From contig MTLP01000012.1 in the NCBI GenBank assembly GCA_002009975.1, forward strand, positions 32,001 through 96,000: a DNA stretch of 64,000 bases, in the 5' to 3' direction. This DNA is from Thermococcus sp. JdFR-02 (GTDB lineage Archaea; Methanobacteriota_B; Thermococci; Thermococcales; Thermococcaceae). A model generated the notes under the pieces. It was given only the letters and a program-made list of their open reading frames with translations. It ran no database searches and had not been told where the DNA came from. Both the position numbers and the translations under genes were made by a program. Within the stretch, counting starts at the first letter, position 1, and each line of letters begins with the position of its first letter. Below, piece after piece: positions 40,597 through 50,819 of the stretch.

Positions 40597-43365
40597 TCAC
40601 TTCTTTCTTCTTAGAAGCAGTGGTATTAGTGCTAGTCCAAGCAATGCAGCAGGACCACAAACACCCTTAGCTGGTGTTGTTGTTTCTGTTGGTGTTGTCT
40701 CAGTTGGTGTAGTTTCTGTTGGTGTTGTTTCGGTAGGTGTTGTCTCAGTTGGTGTTGTTTCGCTTGGTGTTGTCTTTGGTGCTGGTTTTGGAACTACTAC
40801 TAATGACTTCTTGTCTGTGAATGAGGTTACTCCTTCCATTAAGCCACCCTTGACGTATATGTCATATCTTCCAGACTCGAACTTTGCAGTTTCTGTTCCT
40901 GGAACTACTAATTCAAAGGTTCCTGCTTTTGTTAATTTAGCTTCGCCTGTAAAGACTGTGTTTCCGTTCTCATCCTTGATCTCAATGAAGACGAATCCTT
41001 TGTCTGCTGGTTGTGTACCCTCTGTTGGGTACTCAACTACCATGTTTGCCTTGACTGTAATCTTTAGGTCGTCTCCAGTGAAGAGCTTGGTTGGAACTTG
41101 TATTCCTGCCAATTCAAGCTTTGCTAGGAGGAGTTTTTGCTTCCAGTAGTCCAAGCTGAATGGATATGTTGGGTCTCTGAATGCTTTTAGTTCGATGAAG
41201 ATTTTGTCTGGATCGTATCTTTCAATGTAGAATGGTCCGTTGCTTACGACTGCGTGTCCCTTTGCATCAATCCACTTGATTAATGCATCATAACCAGCGG
41301 TTGGATCACTAACGTCGCCTGCAATTGCTGCTGGAACAGCTTTCTTGGCTTTTAGTGCTTCAAGAACCTTCTTTAAGTCTGCAACGTGGTCTTTAATGAG
41401 CAGGTCTAATTGGGCAACACCTTCGGCTTCTTCACTGAATGAGTACTTTTGTGATGCACCGTACTCTTCACCCTTGGCAACTAACTCGCTCATAGCTTCG
41501 AGTAATTGCCATGGTAGTGTTGGCCAGAATGCGTTGTTGCTTGCTATAACGTCATCAGCAATTGGGTGTGAGAAGTCACTGTAAACTTCATAGGTGTCCT
41601 CATCAACGAATCTTATACCCTTAATTTGGGCTAGGGTTTCAGCAGTTGATTGTAGTTTCTCATCGTAGTATGGATCGTCAGCGCCATCTTGGTGTGACCA
41701 TTCATAGGAGAATGCAATTAAATACTTAAGGTCAGCCATGCTCATTGGGGTTCCGTCGTGCCAGTTGCTCCACTTACAGTCATATGTAACCTTAACCTTA
41801 GCTTCTTCACCAGCGTGTGCAACAACCCACTCATCAGTAGTTGAGTTATATACTACTGCATCATTTGGAACTTTAACATTTCTCTCGACTTTGTATTCAC
41901 ATCTCACTGGAATGTAAGTTCCAGTTGAGAGGTCTGTGAAGAGTGGGTAATCTCTAACAACTCTCCAGATTGCGCTTGAGTAAACGTCATCAATACCACC
42001 GATTGGGTTGAAGGCACTCATGAATAGAGCACCAGTAGCTGAGAACTCAGCGACGTTAACAACTTTGTCTGGGGTTTCGGCTGTGATTAATCCCCATCTA
42101 GTCCAGAGACCGCTTGAAACGTCTCTTGCGATAGCCTTAACTCTGTTCTTGTTAACTGGGAAGTACTCCCATGTTTCGGCTACGAACACTTTTTGTGAGT
42201 CCATTATACCGAGTCCCATTGAGATCTTCTGGAGATCCCAGTATTGGTCTGCGTTGCCCTCTTCAAGGACGTATTTCTTGCCCTTGAATTCTACGTTGTT
42301 TAGAACGAGTAGCTTTGTGATCTCCTCAACTGTCATGTCCATGATCTCATTAAGCTTGTCACCAACATAGTACTTGAGTTCTAATTTTTCAACAGCAGCG
42401 TCAACACCGCCTATGTAGTCAATGAAGTCCTTAACTGTTAGGGTTGGCTTCATTTCCCATCCAACTGGGGCTGGGAGCCATCCATACCAGCTTGCATACC
42501 ACCAAGCGGTGTAGTCGTCAGGCCACTTAACGTTAACAGTGCTAACCCAACCAGCGGTGTAAAGGTTCCACTCATAGTTCTTTGGATCGCTTAAGTAAAC
42601 TGTACTTGAAGCCTTTCTTCTGTCCCAGAGAAGTCTCTCAACCTTAAATCCAGCAAACTTCTCAATTAAGTTAGCAACGTAAAGACCCTCTTCTTTTCTC
42701 TCATCCTCAATTCTGATGATGAACTTAACTGTTACAGGCTCGCCTTGGAAGTACCAGAATCCATCATCACCTTTCTTTAGTTCATAACCTTGCTTTGCTA
42801 AATCAGCAGCAGCCTTTTCTAATGCGTCGTTAATCATCTTTTGAGCCTTTTCAATATCGGCGGTTGCACTAATACCCAATGCCTTATACACAGGCTCAAA
42901 ATATGGGTTTGCACCTGTGCTTGGTCTTATACCACCAAGCATTGGGGCACCAGAACCTTGGAGGACGTTTTGAACAACATATTGCCTACTAATCAACCAG
43001 TTCATTGCAAATCTAACTTCTCTAATAGCAAATGGGTTGAAGTATTTCTTTTCACCAACTGTAACGAGGTATGGGTTGTCATCATCGTGTACTGGGTTCA
43101 TTTCTATGTCATAGTATGCACTGGCAGTCTTGATGAGTCTTAAGTTGTTCAAAATGTCTGATGGTAGATCCTTGAATGATGCACCTCCTACTGACCAAAG
43201 GAAGATGTCTAGGTCTCCCTTTGCAGTGTCAGTTATACCAGTTTCTTGGTTTGTTCTTATGCTGATATAAACGACATCTGGTGCTGGTCCTTGTTCTGCT
43301 GCAGCCAACGGGCTCAACAACATTGCAAAAACAAACAATATTGCCAAAATTCCAGACTTCTTCAT
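40597..43365 (-). CDS. ABC transporter substrate-binding protein (family 5, OppA-like) with Thr-rich linker and CGP-CTERM anchor
   Basis: Signal peptide, NPF.IREVRFAMN, SNGPF, PTETT repeats and CGPAALLGLALIPLLLRRKK tail. Confidence 0.92.
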   Translation of the reverse strand: MKKSGILAILFVFAMLLSPLAAAEQGPAPDVVYISIRTNQETGITDTAKGDLDIFLWSVGGASFKDLPSDILNNLRLIKTASAYYDIEMNPVHDDDNPYLVTVGEKKYFNPFAIREVRFAMNWLISRQYVVQNVLQGSGAPMLGGIRPSTGANPYFEPVYKALGISATADIEKAQKMINDALEKAAADLAKQGYELKKGDDGFWYFQGEPVTVKFIIRIEDERKEEGLYVANLIEKFAGFKVERLLWDRRKASSTVYLSDPKNYEWNLYTAGWVSTVNVKWPDDYTAWWYASWYGWLPAPVGWEMKPTLTVKDFIDYIGGVDAAVEKLELKYYVGDKLNEIMDMTVEEITKLLVLNNVEFKGKKYVLEEGNADQYWDLQKISMGLGIMDSQKVFVAETWEYFPVNKNRVKAIARDVSSGLWTRWGLITAETPDKVVNVAEFSATGALFMSAFNPIGGIDDVYSSAIWRVVRDYPLFTDLSTGTYIPVRCEYKVERNVKVPNDAVVYNSTTDEWVVAHAGEEAKVKVTYDCKWSNWHDGTPMSMADLKYLIAFSYEWSHQDGADDPYYDEKLQSTAETLAQIKGIRFVDEDTYEVYSDFSHPIADDVIASNNAFWPTLPWQLLEAMSELVAKGEEYGASQKYSFSEEAEGVAQLDLLIKDHVADLKKVLEALKAKKAVPAAIAGDVSDPTAGYDALIKWIDAKGHAVVSNGPFYIERYDPDKIFIELKAFRDPTYPFSLDYWKQKLLLAKLELAGIQVPTKLFTGDDLKITVKANMVVEYPTEGTQPADKGFVFIEIKDENGNTVFTGEAKLTKAGTFELVVPGTETAKFESGRYDIYVKGGLMEGVTSFTDKKSLVVVPKPAPKTTPSETTPTETTPTETTPTETTPTETTPTETTTPAKGVCGPAALLGLALIPLLLRRKK
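40673..40774 (-). repeat. 15-bp-period tandem repeat encoding about six P(T/S)ETT units
   Basis: GGTGTTGT(C/T)TC-type units repeated on the + strand; protein linker PSETT(PTETT)5. Confidence 0.85.
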
Positions 43366-43716
43366 ATCTCATTTACCCCCTTAACTTTCTACAGCATTGT
43401 ATTATTTAGGGTATAAAGGCATAAGAATATACATAGCAACCCTATTTAAGAGTTACGTTTTTGAACGCTGCTATCACATATTGAAGGATCCACCATAGTT
43501 CTAAATGAGATCTTGTTGTTTGTCTGTTCAGTATTTGGTAATGTGACCAGAACAGTGTTCAAAATTTGGAGTGAAATATTATCAATGTTCTTTATCCATT
43601 ATGACCTATAGATATTTTTGAAGAAACCCCTTAAAATCATCTGAAACCTTCTTTTACAAGAAAGTAAATCAAAAAATTTAAAACCATGAAAATTTTGAGG
43701 TTAAAGCGGGCATATA

Positions 43717-44937
43717 GTGTATGATGTAGTTTTCAAAGGAAAGTTTTTAATTAATGGCAATTTAATTGAAGGCTATATCGGAATTTCTGATGGTAAAATA
43801 GCTAAATTTTCAAAAGCTAAACTTAAAGGTGAAGAGATCTTTAGAACTCAAACCCATGAGGTTATTTTGCCGGGAATGATTGATGTTCATGTTCACTTGA
43901 GAGATTTCAATCAAAAGCATAAGGAGACCATAGAAAGCGGAACAAAAGCGGCTTTGCATGGAGGAGTTACGACTGTGTTTGATATGCCAAATACAGATCC
44001 ACCAATAATTAATAGAACAACTTTTGAAGAAAGAGAGAAACTTTTCATGAAAAAAGCTTTTTCTGATTATGCTTTAAGTTTTTTAATCGCTGATAATTGT
44101 GATGAGGTTCAAAAGGTTGATGCTGACTTTTACAAAATTTTTATGGGAGCTTCAACTGGAGGGATATATTCAAAAAACTTTGAAAAAGACTATTCATGTG
44201 CAAAGGCTAAAGTTAGTGTTCATGCTGAAGATTATGAGCTAATTCAAAAATTCCCCAAAAGGGAGCCCATTGTAGAAATTAAAGCAATTGAAAAAGCCTT
44301 AAGTGTTAGTGAAAGACTCAAAAAACCTTTGCACATTTGCCATGTTTCAACAAAAGAAGGTTTGAGGCTGCTTTTGGAAAAATACTTTCCATGGGTAAGT
44401 TTTGAAGTCACTCCCCATCATTTGTTCTTGACCAAGGATGATTTTGTTAAAAATCAGCTCTTGAAGGTCTATCCACCATTAAGGATAAAGGAACACGCTC
44501 GTTTTCTTTGGGAAAATATCAAAAAAGTACCAATAATAGCGAGTGACCATGCACCACATGCTTTAGAAGAAAAAGAAAATGGCAGTGCTGGATTACCAGG
44601 TTTAGAGACAGAACTAGCTTTGCTCTTTACAGCTTATAATCGGAGACTAATTTCGTTATGGCAAATTGTTGAGAAGACATCTCTAAATCCAGCAAAAGCA
44701 TTTAGTTTAAAAAATAAAGGTTTTGGGATTGGAAAAGATGCTGATTTAATAATTGTGAATTTGAAGGAGGAATGGAGAGTTAAGCCTGAAGAATTTTATA
44801 CTAATGCAAAATGGAGCCCGTTTGAAGGATGGACGCTTAAAGGAAAAGTTGAGCAGACGTTTTTAAGGGGAATGCTTGTTATGGAGGAAGATGAAATTAT
44901 AGGAAAGCCAAGGGGGGAGAGGATTGAAAAGGGTTAA
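43717..44937 (+). CDS. pyrC: Dihydroorotase
   Basis: PGMIDVHVHLR, DMPNT.P, HICHVS, EVTPHHL and ASDHAPH. Confidence 0.92.
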   Translation: MYDVVFKGKFLINGNLIEGYIGISDGKIAKFSKAKLKGEEIFRTQTHEVILPGMIDVHVHLRDFNQKHKETIESGTKAALHGGVTTVFDMPNTDPPIINRTTFEEREKLFMKKAFSDYALSFLIADNCDEVQKVDADFYKIFMGASTGGIYSKNFEKDYSCAKAKVSVHAEDYELIQKFPKREPIVEIKAIEKALSVSERLKKPLHICHVSTKEGLRLLLEKYFPWVSFEVTPHHLFLTKDDFVKNQLLKVYPPLRIKEHARFLWENIKKVPIIASDHAPHALEEKENGSAGLPGLETELALLFTAYNRRLISLWQIVEKTSLNPAKAFSLKNKGFGIGKDADLIIVNLKEEWRVKPEEFYTNAKWSPFEGWTLKGKVEQTFLRGMLVMEEDEIIGKPRGERIEKG

Positions 44938-45667
44938 AATTGCGGAAACATGGGAAGAGGCTGGTAACATTAAGGCTTTTCGCTTTAATGAGACTCTAAA
45001 CTTTATACCGGGGCAGTTCATAATGCTTTGGATCCCTAATGTTGGAGAAAAGCCATTTAGCCTAGCTGATAAAGATTTAATTCTCGTTAAAAAGGTTGGA
45101 CCTTTTACATCCAAACTTTTTGAGCTTGGAGAAGGTGATTATGTTTGGATTAGAGGTCCTTATGGGAGGGGCTTTACACCAAAAGGAAAGAAAATTGCAT
45201 TAATTGCTGGAGGAATTGGAATTCCACCTCTTTATGCTTTAGTCAAACATTTTGGAAACGATTTTGAAAAAATCACGCTAATTTATGGTGCCAGATCTAA
45301 AGAGGAATTCGCTTTGCTTGATATTGAAAATTACGTTGATGAAATAGTTTTCACTACAGATGATGGAAGCTTTGGTCTTAAAGGCTTTCCAACTGATGTT
45401 TTGAGGAGAAGAAAGGGAGAATTTGATTATGTTTACACCTGCGGACCTGAAATAATGATGGCAAAGGTTTTGGAAATCATGAATTTTAAAAATGTTCAAG
45501 TTTCTGCTGAAAGATATATGAAGTGTGGAATCGGCGTTTGCGGCTCTTGCGCCTTAGGGAAATATCTCGTTTGTAAAGATGGACCTGTTTTTTATGGAGA
45601 AGAGCTTAAAGAAACGGAGCTTGGGAGATTTAAGAGAAGTCCAGATGGGAGGATTGGCATGCTTTAA
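44924..45667 (+). CDS. pyrK: Dihydroorotate dehydrogenase electron transfer subunit
   Basis: PGQF, RGPYG, AGGIG and MKCGIGVCGSC...CKDGP [2Fe-2S] motif. Confidence 0.9.
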   Translation: MKRVKIAETWEEAGNIKAFRFNETLNFIPGQFIMLWIPNVGEKPFSLADKDLILVKKVGPFTSKLFELGEGDYVWIRGPYGRGFTPKGKKIALIAGGIGIPPLYALVKHFGNDFEKITLIYGARSKEEFALLDIENYVDEIVFTTDDGSFGLKGFPTDVLRRRKGEFDYVYTCGPEIMMAKVLEIMNFKNVQVSAERYMKCGIGVCGSCALGKYLVCKDGPVFYGEELKETELGRFKRSPDGRIGML

Positions 45668-45723
45668 TTAATTGCTCCACTATCTTTTTAAACTTTTTAA
45701 CTTTGCTCTGATTGGTGAGACCT

Positions 45724-46857
45724 ATGAAATATAGTTGGGAAGAATTTGCGAGAAAGATGGGAATAGAGCCTCAAATATTGGAAAATAAAGAAGCCAAGCT
45801 TTTAAAGAAGTTTGTTGATGACTTAGCCTATCCAACTCACTGTAATTTCTGTCAAGGTCTTAATTTGAGCATTAAAAATCCAGTTCATCATCCTTCTTAT
45901 GAACTAACTCCAGCTTGTAATCATGATTGCATCTTTTGCTATTCTACAGTTGCTGTAAAGCTTGGAAAAGCCCCCAAACCCGGTTATTATGGGTGGGATA
46001 ATCCAAAGGCAATTACTGTTTCGCAATATGGAGAACCTTTGATGTCATCAAGAATAGTTGAAGTGAATAAGATGCTTAGGAAAAAGTTCCCAAACGCCCG
46101 TTTAGATTTGCAGACTAATGGTTCTCTTTTAACGGAAGAACTTTGGGCAAAGCTTGACTTCGATTTGGTTATGATAAGCTTAGACGCAGCATCAAAGAAG
46201 AAACACAAAATGATTACCAATGCAAATACATTTGAAAAGGTTGTAAATGCACTGAGAATTGTTGGACAGGATAAGAGCGTTCGCTCAATTGTGAGGACAA
46301 TCTTTATGCCAGGAATAAATGACAAGGAAATTGCAAGGATAGCTGAACTAGCTTCTTCTCTTGGAATAGACGAGATGATGCTTCAACCTCTGACCATTCA
46401 CAAAATGAATGAAGAACGACTAAGAAGAGCGGGTTTGGACTTTGAAAGAGCTGAAAGTGTTAGGGAGCTTTTAAAAGTTGCTATTGAGGCTAAAAAATAT
46501 ATTGATGTGAGAATTAGGGGTTGTTTATTGGCTCAGCTAAAAAGAATGGATGCCTTAACACTCTATAACGTTTACAAAGTTTCCAGAGATGTTGCGCCTT
46601 TAGTTAAAAGGGAGAGAAAAAGTCTCAACAAAATTGAGGAGACCTGTGATGGCTCATTTAGGCTTATACTGGAAGAGTTTAAACTTGAAAGGCTTATAAA
46701 AACGCTTAATGAAAAGGGCGTTAAATACTCAAAAGCACAGGATTTTGTTAGATTCAAAGATGGTGGTGTCGAAATTGTCGTTTTTAAAAGTGGAAAAGTC
46801 CTCATAAAAAGAGCAAATGAGGAAGAGCTCGAAGAGCTCCTTAAAAAGTACTTCTAA
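45724..46857 (+). CDS. Radical SAM protein with extra N-terminal CxxC and a small C-terminal domain
   Basis: CNHDCIFC, YGEP, QTNG and ISLDA; HCNFC upstream. Confidence 0.88.
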   Translation: MKYSWEEFARKMGIEPQILENKEAKLLKKFVDDLAYPTHCNFCQGLNLSIKNPVHHPSYELTPACNHDCIFCYSTVAVKLGKAPKPGYYGWDNPKAITVSQYGEPLMSSRIVEVNKMLRKKFPNARLDLQTNGSLLTEELWAKLDFDLVMISLDAASKKKHKMITNANTFEKVVNALRIVGQDKSVRSIVRTIFMPGINDKEIARIAELASSLGIDEMMLQPLTIHKMNEERLRRAGLDFERAESVRELLKVAIEAKKYIDVRIRGCLLAQLKRMDALTLYNVYKVSRDVAPLVKRERKSLNKIEETCDGSFRLILEEFKLERLIKTLNEKGVKYSKAQDFVRFKDGGVEIVVFKSGKVLIKRANEEELEELLKKYF

Positions 46858-46922
46858 AACCTTTTATCACCCAGATAAGTGAATAAGATAACCTTTTAAA
46901 TCCACTTTTCCTCTTTTTCTTC

Positions 46923-47744
46923 ATGCTTAGCTGTTCATTATGCATTCATGATGAAAGAACCGCGAAGATAGATATCATCAATGGAAAACCTCTTTGTAGG
47001 GAATGCCGAGATTACTTAGCTCATAAACCTAACAAGGAAAAAATTAGGGCTGAGCTTGAAGAATTGATGAAAAAAGTAGATAAGGCTATTGTAGCATATT
47101 CTGGTGGAAAAGACAGCACAGTTGCTCTTTATTTGGCAAAGGAGAAGTATGAAATTGATGTTGAAGCTGTAATGGTTGATCATGGATTTATGGCAAAAGA
47201 GGCGATAGAGAATGCCAAGAGAATAGCCAAGTATTTGGATGTTCCTTTGACTATTTTGCATCATGATTACTCCGACATTTTCAGAGAAGCTCTTTTAAAA
47301 GCTCAATCTCCATGTAAGAAATGCTCGAGGAGAACTATGGAAAAGCTGAGAAAATACGCGCTAAAGAGGGGAATTAAATACATTATAACTGGACATGAAA
47401 TTCCCTTTGGACATAAGGCTTATCGCTTAATGAAGAATGGGATAATTCAGATACGGCTTTTAACTCTTATGAGCGAAGAGGAAAGGTTTAAAATTTTGGA
47501 AAAGCTGCCTTTTGAGTTTCCAACTCTCTATGGCTATACAACAAACTGTTTGATTTTGGGACCAGCTTTGGAAAGGTATTATGAGCGGTGGGGATATAGT
47601 TTTGAAACGAGAAGAATAGCAGCTTTGGTTAGATATGGACTTTTAGACAGAGAAAAAGCTTTGAGGAAATTGAAAAAGCCAAAGGTTTCAGAAAAGATAA
47701 AGAGCGAAATTTACAGGAGATCAGGACTGGAGGGAATGTTTTAA
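46923..47744 (+). CDS. PP-loop (N-type) ATP pyrophosphatase with Zn-binding motifs
   Basis: CSLC..CREC, AYSGGKDS, PCKKC, ITGHE and TTNC. Confidence 0.85.
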   Translation: MLSCSLCIHDERTAKIDIINGKPLCRECRDYLAHKPNKEKIRAELEELMKKVDKAIVAYSGGKDSTVALYLAKEKYEIDVEAVMVDHGFMAKEAIENAKRIAKYLDVPLTILHHDYSDIFREALLKAQSPCKKCSRRTMEKLRKYALKRGIKYIITGHEIPFGHKAYRLMKNGIIQIRLLTLMSEEERFKILEKLPFEFPTLYGYTTNCLILGPALERYYERWGYSFETRRIAALVRYGLLDREKALRKLKKPKVSEKIKSEIYRRSGLEGMF

Positions 47745-48944
47745 CTTTTCTCTCGCCTTCTTAAGCACTTCTTCGGGCTTTGCTTTAAAACCTCCTCCTT
47801 TTGCTAAAACTTCACCTCCTCCACCGCCGCCACCGAATTCACTTAAAATTTCTTTCAAAAGCTCGACCATTGAAACCTTCTGTATTCCCTTATTTTTAGC
47901 AAAGATTAGATAGCTTTTTCCCATAATTAGAGCAATTGTATTTGGGTTTTTGTCCACTAAATAGATTGCAAAAGCTTCGGCATCTTTCATTGGTAAGCTT
48001 TCAATTCTTGAAACAATTTTAATCCCGTTTATTTCCTCAGCTTCGCTTAAAAGGGCTTTTCCTTTCCACTCCCAAAGCTCTTTCCGAAGTTTTGTTTTTT
48101 CATCTTCCAATGCTTTAAGCCCTTCCTTAAACTCTTTAATTCTCTCAACTAATGGTCTGTTCTTATTTGGCATTTCATTTAAGGACTTCCAGTAATCTTC
48201 TAGAATCTCATCTAAGAATTCCAAAGCTCTGTTTCCACAAACAAATTCAACACGCCAGATGTTTTTGCTCTTCTTGTAGAAGTTTATCACTTTAACGAGA
48301 CCAACCTCTTTAGTGCTTCTTACATGGGTTCCTCCACAAGGTATTATGTCAATATCTCCAACCTTTACAATTCTCACTCTGTCCTTAATTTTATCGGAGA
48401 GCTGTTTTCTAAGTTCTTTGGCAACCTCTTTTGGAAGCTCCTCATAATACTCAACCTTAACTTCTAAATCTTTCCAAATGATTTCATTTGCCAGCTTTTC
48501 TGCCTTTAGTACATGCTCCCAGCTTAACTTTCCATCGAAGTTTATTTCAATCTTATTGTATCTCTCAAAAATTTGAAAGCCCGTTGTATCACTATCATAA
48601 AGCTTCTTTAAAACAGCCGAAAGAACGTGTTGCCCACTGTGTTGCTTCATATTTTCATATCTCCATTCCCAATCGAGAAGTAGCTTAACTTTTTCGCCTT
48701 CTTTTGGTTCTCTACCTTCCAATTTACCTTCGTGCCAAATTTCTTCTTTTCCTTCAGCTTTCTCAACCTTTATTCTAAACCCCTCTCCCTCTATAATTCC
48801 CCTATCACTTGGCTGTCCACCGCCTTCAGGATAGAAAATCGTCCTATCGAGTTTAATTCTTATTTTCTTTCCTTTCCTTTCAACAGATTCAATTTTAGCT
48901 GTTGTTTCCCTTAAATATGGATTTTCATAAAAAAGTTTAAACAA
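47721..48944 (-). CDS. Alanyl-tRNA editing protein (AlaX) with DHHA1 domain
   Basis: TIFYPEGGGQPSD.G, QHSGQH, PCGGTH and C-terminal GGGGGG..A.GGG. Confidence 0.9.
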   Translation of the reverse strand: MFKLFYENPYLRETTAKIESVERKGKKIRIKLDRTIFYPEGGGQPSDRGIIEGEGFRIKVEKAEGKEEIWHEGKLEGREPKEGEKVKLLLDWEWRYENMKQHSGQHVLSAVLKKLYDSDTTGFQIFERYNKIEINFDGKLSWEHVLKAEKLANEIIWKDLEVKVEYYEELPKEVAKELRKQLSDKIKDRVRIVKVGDIDIIPCGGTHVRSTKEVGLVKVINFYKKSKNIWRVEFVCGNRALEFLDEILEDYWKSLNEMPNKNRPLVERIKEFKEGLKALEDEKTKLRKELWEWKGKALLSEAEEINGIKIVSRIESLPMKDAEAFAIYLVDKNPNTIALIMGKSYLIFAKNKGIQKVSMVELLKEILSEFGGGGGGGEVLAKGGGFKAKPEEVLKKAREKLKHSLQS

Positions 48945-48986
48945 TGTCTATCACCACAAAAAGGTTAGGTTTTGGGTTAATAACAT

Positions 48987-49745
48987 TTATGAGTCTTTTC
49001 TTTTGATGTATTCACCTGCGAGTTCTCTAAGCAGTTCAGCCAAGTCTTTGTTGAATTTTTCCTGCATTTCTGTAAACTTATCTAAAGCTAAGGATATTCC
49101 CTTAAGTCCTTTTATATCGTGAATTACAGCTTCTTGCTCTTCGGAGATTTCTTCGAGTACTTTACTTATCTCTACTATTGCTTCTATATCCTTTCCAAGT
49201 ATCTCAGTTCCTTCTTTTATCTTATCCATCACTGCTAAAGCATCTCGCAGTGTTTCTAACCCACTCATTACCCTGGTATTGAATTCTTTAATTTCCCTAG
49301 TTAACTCCATTGTTTGAACTGCCATTTTTCTTATTTCTTGTGCTACGACTGCAAATCCTCTTCCAGCCTCCCCAGCACGAGCAGCCTCAATTGAAGCATT
49401 TAAGGCTACTAGATTTGTCTGTTTTGCAACATTGCTTATTGAGTCACTTATTTTTGAGATGTATTTAAGATTTTCAACTAGGTTGTTGAATTCTTTAGCA
49501 AAAAGTTCAAATCTCTGAAAGAATGGTAGAAATTCCTCTCTGAACTTATTTAATTCGCCCATAATCTGAGAGAGCTTTTCTATGTTTTGTATTATCAGCT
49601 CATTGTTTTCCAAAAACTGTCCGGTTATCTGATCAGCCAGTCTATTTATTATTTTTGATGTCTCTTTGTTCGAAGACTTTATTCTTAGAGCCTCTGATAG
49701 CACATTTGAAGCATTTTCAATATGTCTAATCTCCAATGGGGTCAC
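48987..49745 (-). CDS. Soluble methyl-accepting chemotaxis protein
   Basis: [31 protein letters not shown] hairpin tip; no TM segment. Confidence 0.93.
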   Translation of the reverse strand: MTPLEIRHIENASNVLSEALRIKSSNKETSKIINRLADQITGQFLENNELIIQNIEKLSQIMGELNKFREEFLPFFQRFELFAKEFNNLVENLKYISKISDSISNVAKQTNLVALNASIEAARAGEAGRGFAVVAQEIRKMAVQTMELTREIKEFNTRVMSGLETLRDALAVMDKIKEGTEILGKDIEAIVEISKVLEEISEEQEAVIHDIKGLKGISLALDKFTEMQEKFNKDLAELLRELAGEYIKRKDS

Positions 49746-49746
49746 C

Positions 49747-50529
49747 TCATCTAATTAGATCTACCCCGCATTTTAAGTTTTCAAGGAAACTGAAGAATCT
49801 TGGCACATGTTTTTTTGGAATTATGGCAGCATGCTGAGGCAAAATTGCTTCAATATCCAAAAATCTAACCCTTTCAAGCCAAGCTTTTATGGCTTTATTA
49901 CTTGCCATTAGGCGTTCATGAATTGGCTTCATTGCACGTATGTGCTTTTCAATATCTTCAACAACTAGATATAGGTCTTCTAATAATGCAATTCCAATGT
50001 CACCGCTAAATAGAAATTTGCTTCTCTTGTCGTATATTGTGAAGTGTCCGGGGCTGTGGAGAAAGTGGGCGGGGATGAAGTGTAAGGTCGTAGAACCAAA
50101 GTTTAAGACTTCTCCTTCATCCGGTAGTGGATGGGCAACGCTTTTAACGTCTTCAAAACCAAAATGGGGCAGAAATCGTACCCATATCCAGTGGACAAGT
50201 ATTTTGGCATTGCTTATTTCTCTCCATAGAGGAATACTACCTGCCACATCTGGATCTTGATGACACATGTATATGTATTCAATATTTTTTGGGTCTATGT
50301 ACTTTGAAATATTTGATAGAACCTTTGGAAAAATTTTATATCCTCCAGGATCAAGTAGAACTCCTTTTCCTTTATTTATAATGAGGTAGGAATTAACATC
50401 TACATCACCATAGGAGCTTGTTGAGGTTCCAGAAGCCGTTCCCAAGTAGACAACCATGTGTTCATCGTCCCTGTAGAGTATGTGGTCCTTTTGGGGATTT
50501 AAATCTGGGTTGAGGTTATATTCCCCCAT
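49747..50529 (-). CDS. Oxygen-binding di-iron protein (ODP)-like MBL-fold protein
   Basis: [28 protein letters not shown] and PQH; 1 bp upstream of the soluble MCP. Confidence 0.85.
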   Translation of the reverse strand: MGEYNLNPDLNPQKDHILYRDDEHMVVYLGTASGTSTSSYGDVDVNSYLIINKGKGVLLDPGGYKIFPKVLSNISKYIDPKNIEYIYMCHQDPDVAGSIPLWREISNAKILVHWIWVRFLPHFGFEDVKSVAHPLPDEGEVLNFGSTTLHFIPAHFLHSPGHFTIYDKRSKFLFSGDIGIALLEDLYLVVEDIEKHIRAMKPIHERLMASNKAIKAWLERVRFLDIEAILPQHAAIIPKKHVPRFFSFLENLKCGVDLIR

Positions 50530-50619
50530 TTTATCACCCACAAGAAGTTAAAATTCCTCTAATTATTGATTTTCACGTAGAGAATATTTAAATATTGCTT
50601 TCTTCTATAGAACCTGTGA

Positions 50620-50679
50620 AGGCAATGATGAATGATGGGCGAACCGATTTGTGATGAAGGTTAGGTGATCGCTGAGCTT
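50620..50679 (+). ncRNA. C/D-box sRNA
   Basis: AGGC-A-ATGATGA-ATGATGGGCGAA-CCGA-TTT-GTGATGA-AGGTTAGGTGATCG-CTGA-GCTT. Confidence 0.85.
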
Positions 50680-50715
50680 GAAAACCTTTTTAAACTCAAC
50701 AGGATATTTGGATTG

Positions 50716-50771
50716 AAAGATGATGAGTTCAGCCTTATCTGAGGAGTGATGAGGGAGTGACGGACTGATTT
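50716..50771 (+). ncRNA. C/D-box sRNA
   Basis: ATGATGA-GTTCAGCCTTAT-CTGA-GGA-GTGATGA-GGGAGTGACGGA-CTGA; all four boxes canonical. Confidence 0.9.
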
Positions 50772-50819
50772 GTTAATTTAAGAATAAACTTTAAATTTCT
50801 CTATACTTATTTTTTGCCG

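Noticed and set aside
40673-40774. Tandem repeat read as a CRISPR array
   Set aside because: 15-bp coding period with synonymous variation and no spacers; it is a PTETT linker. No CRISPR array or cas gene was seen in the window.
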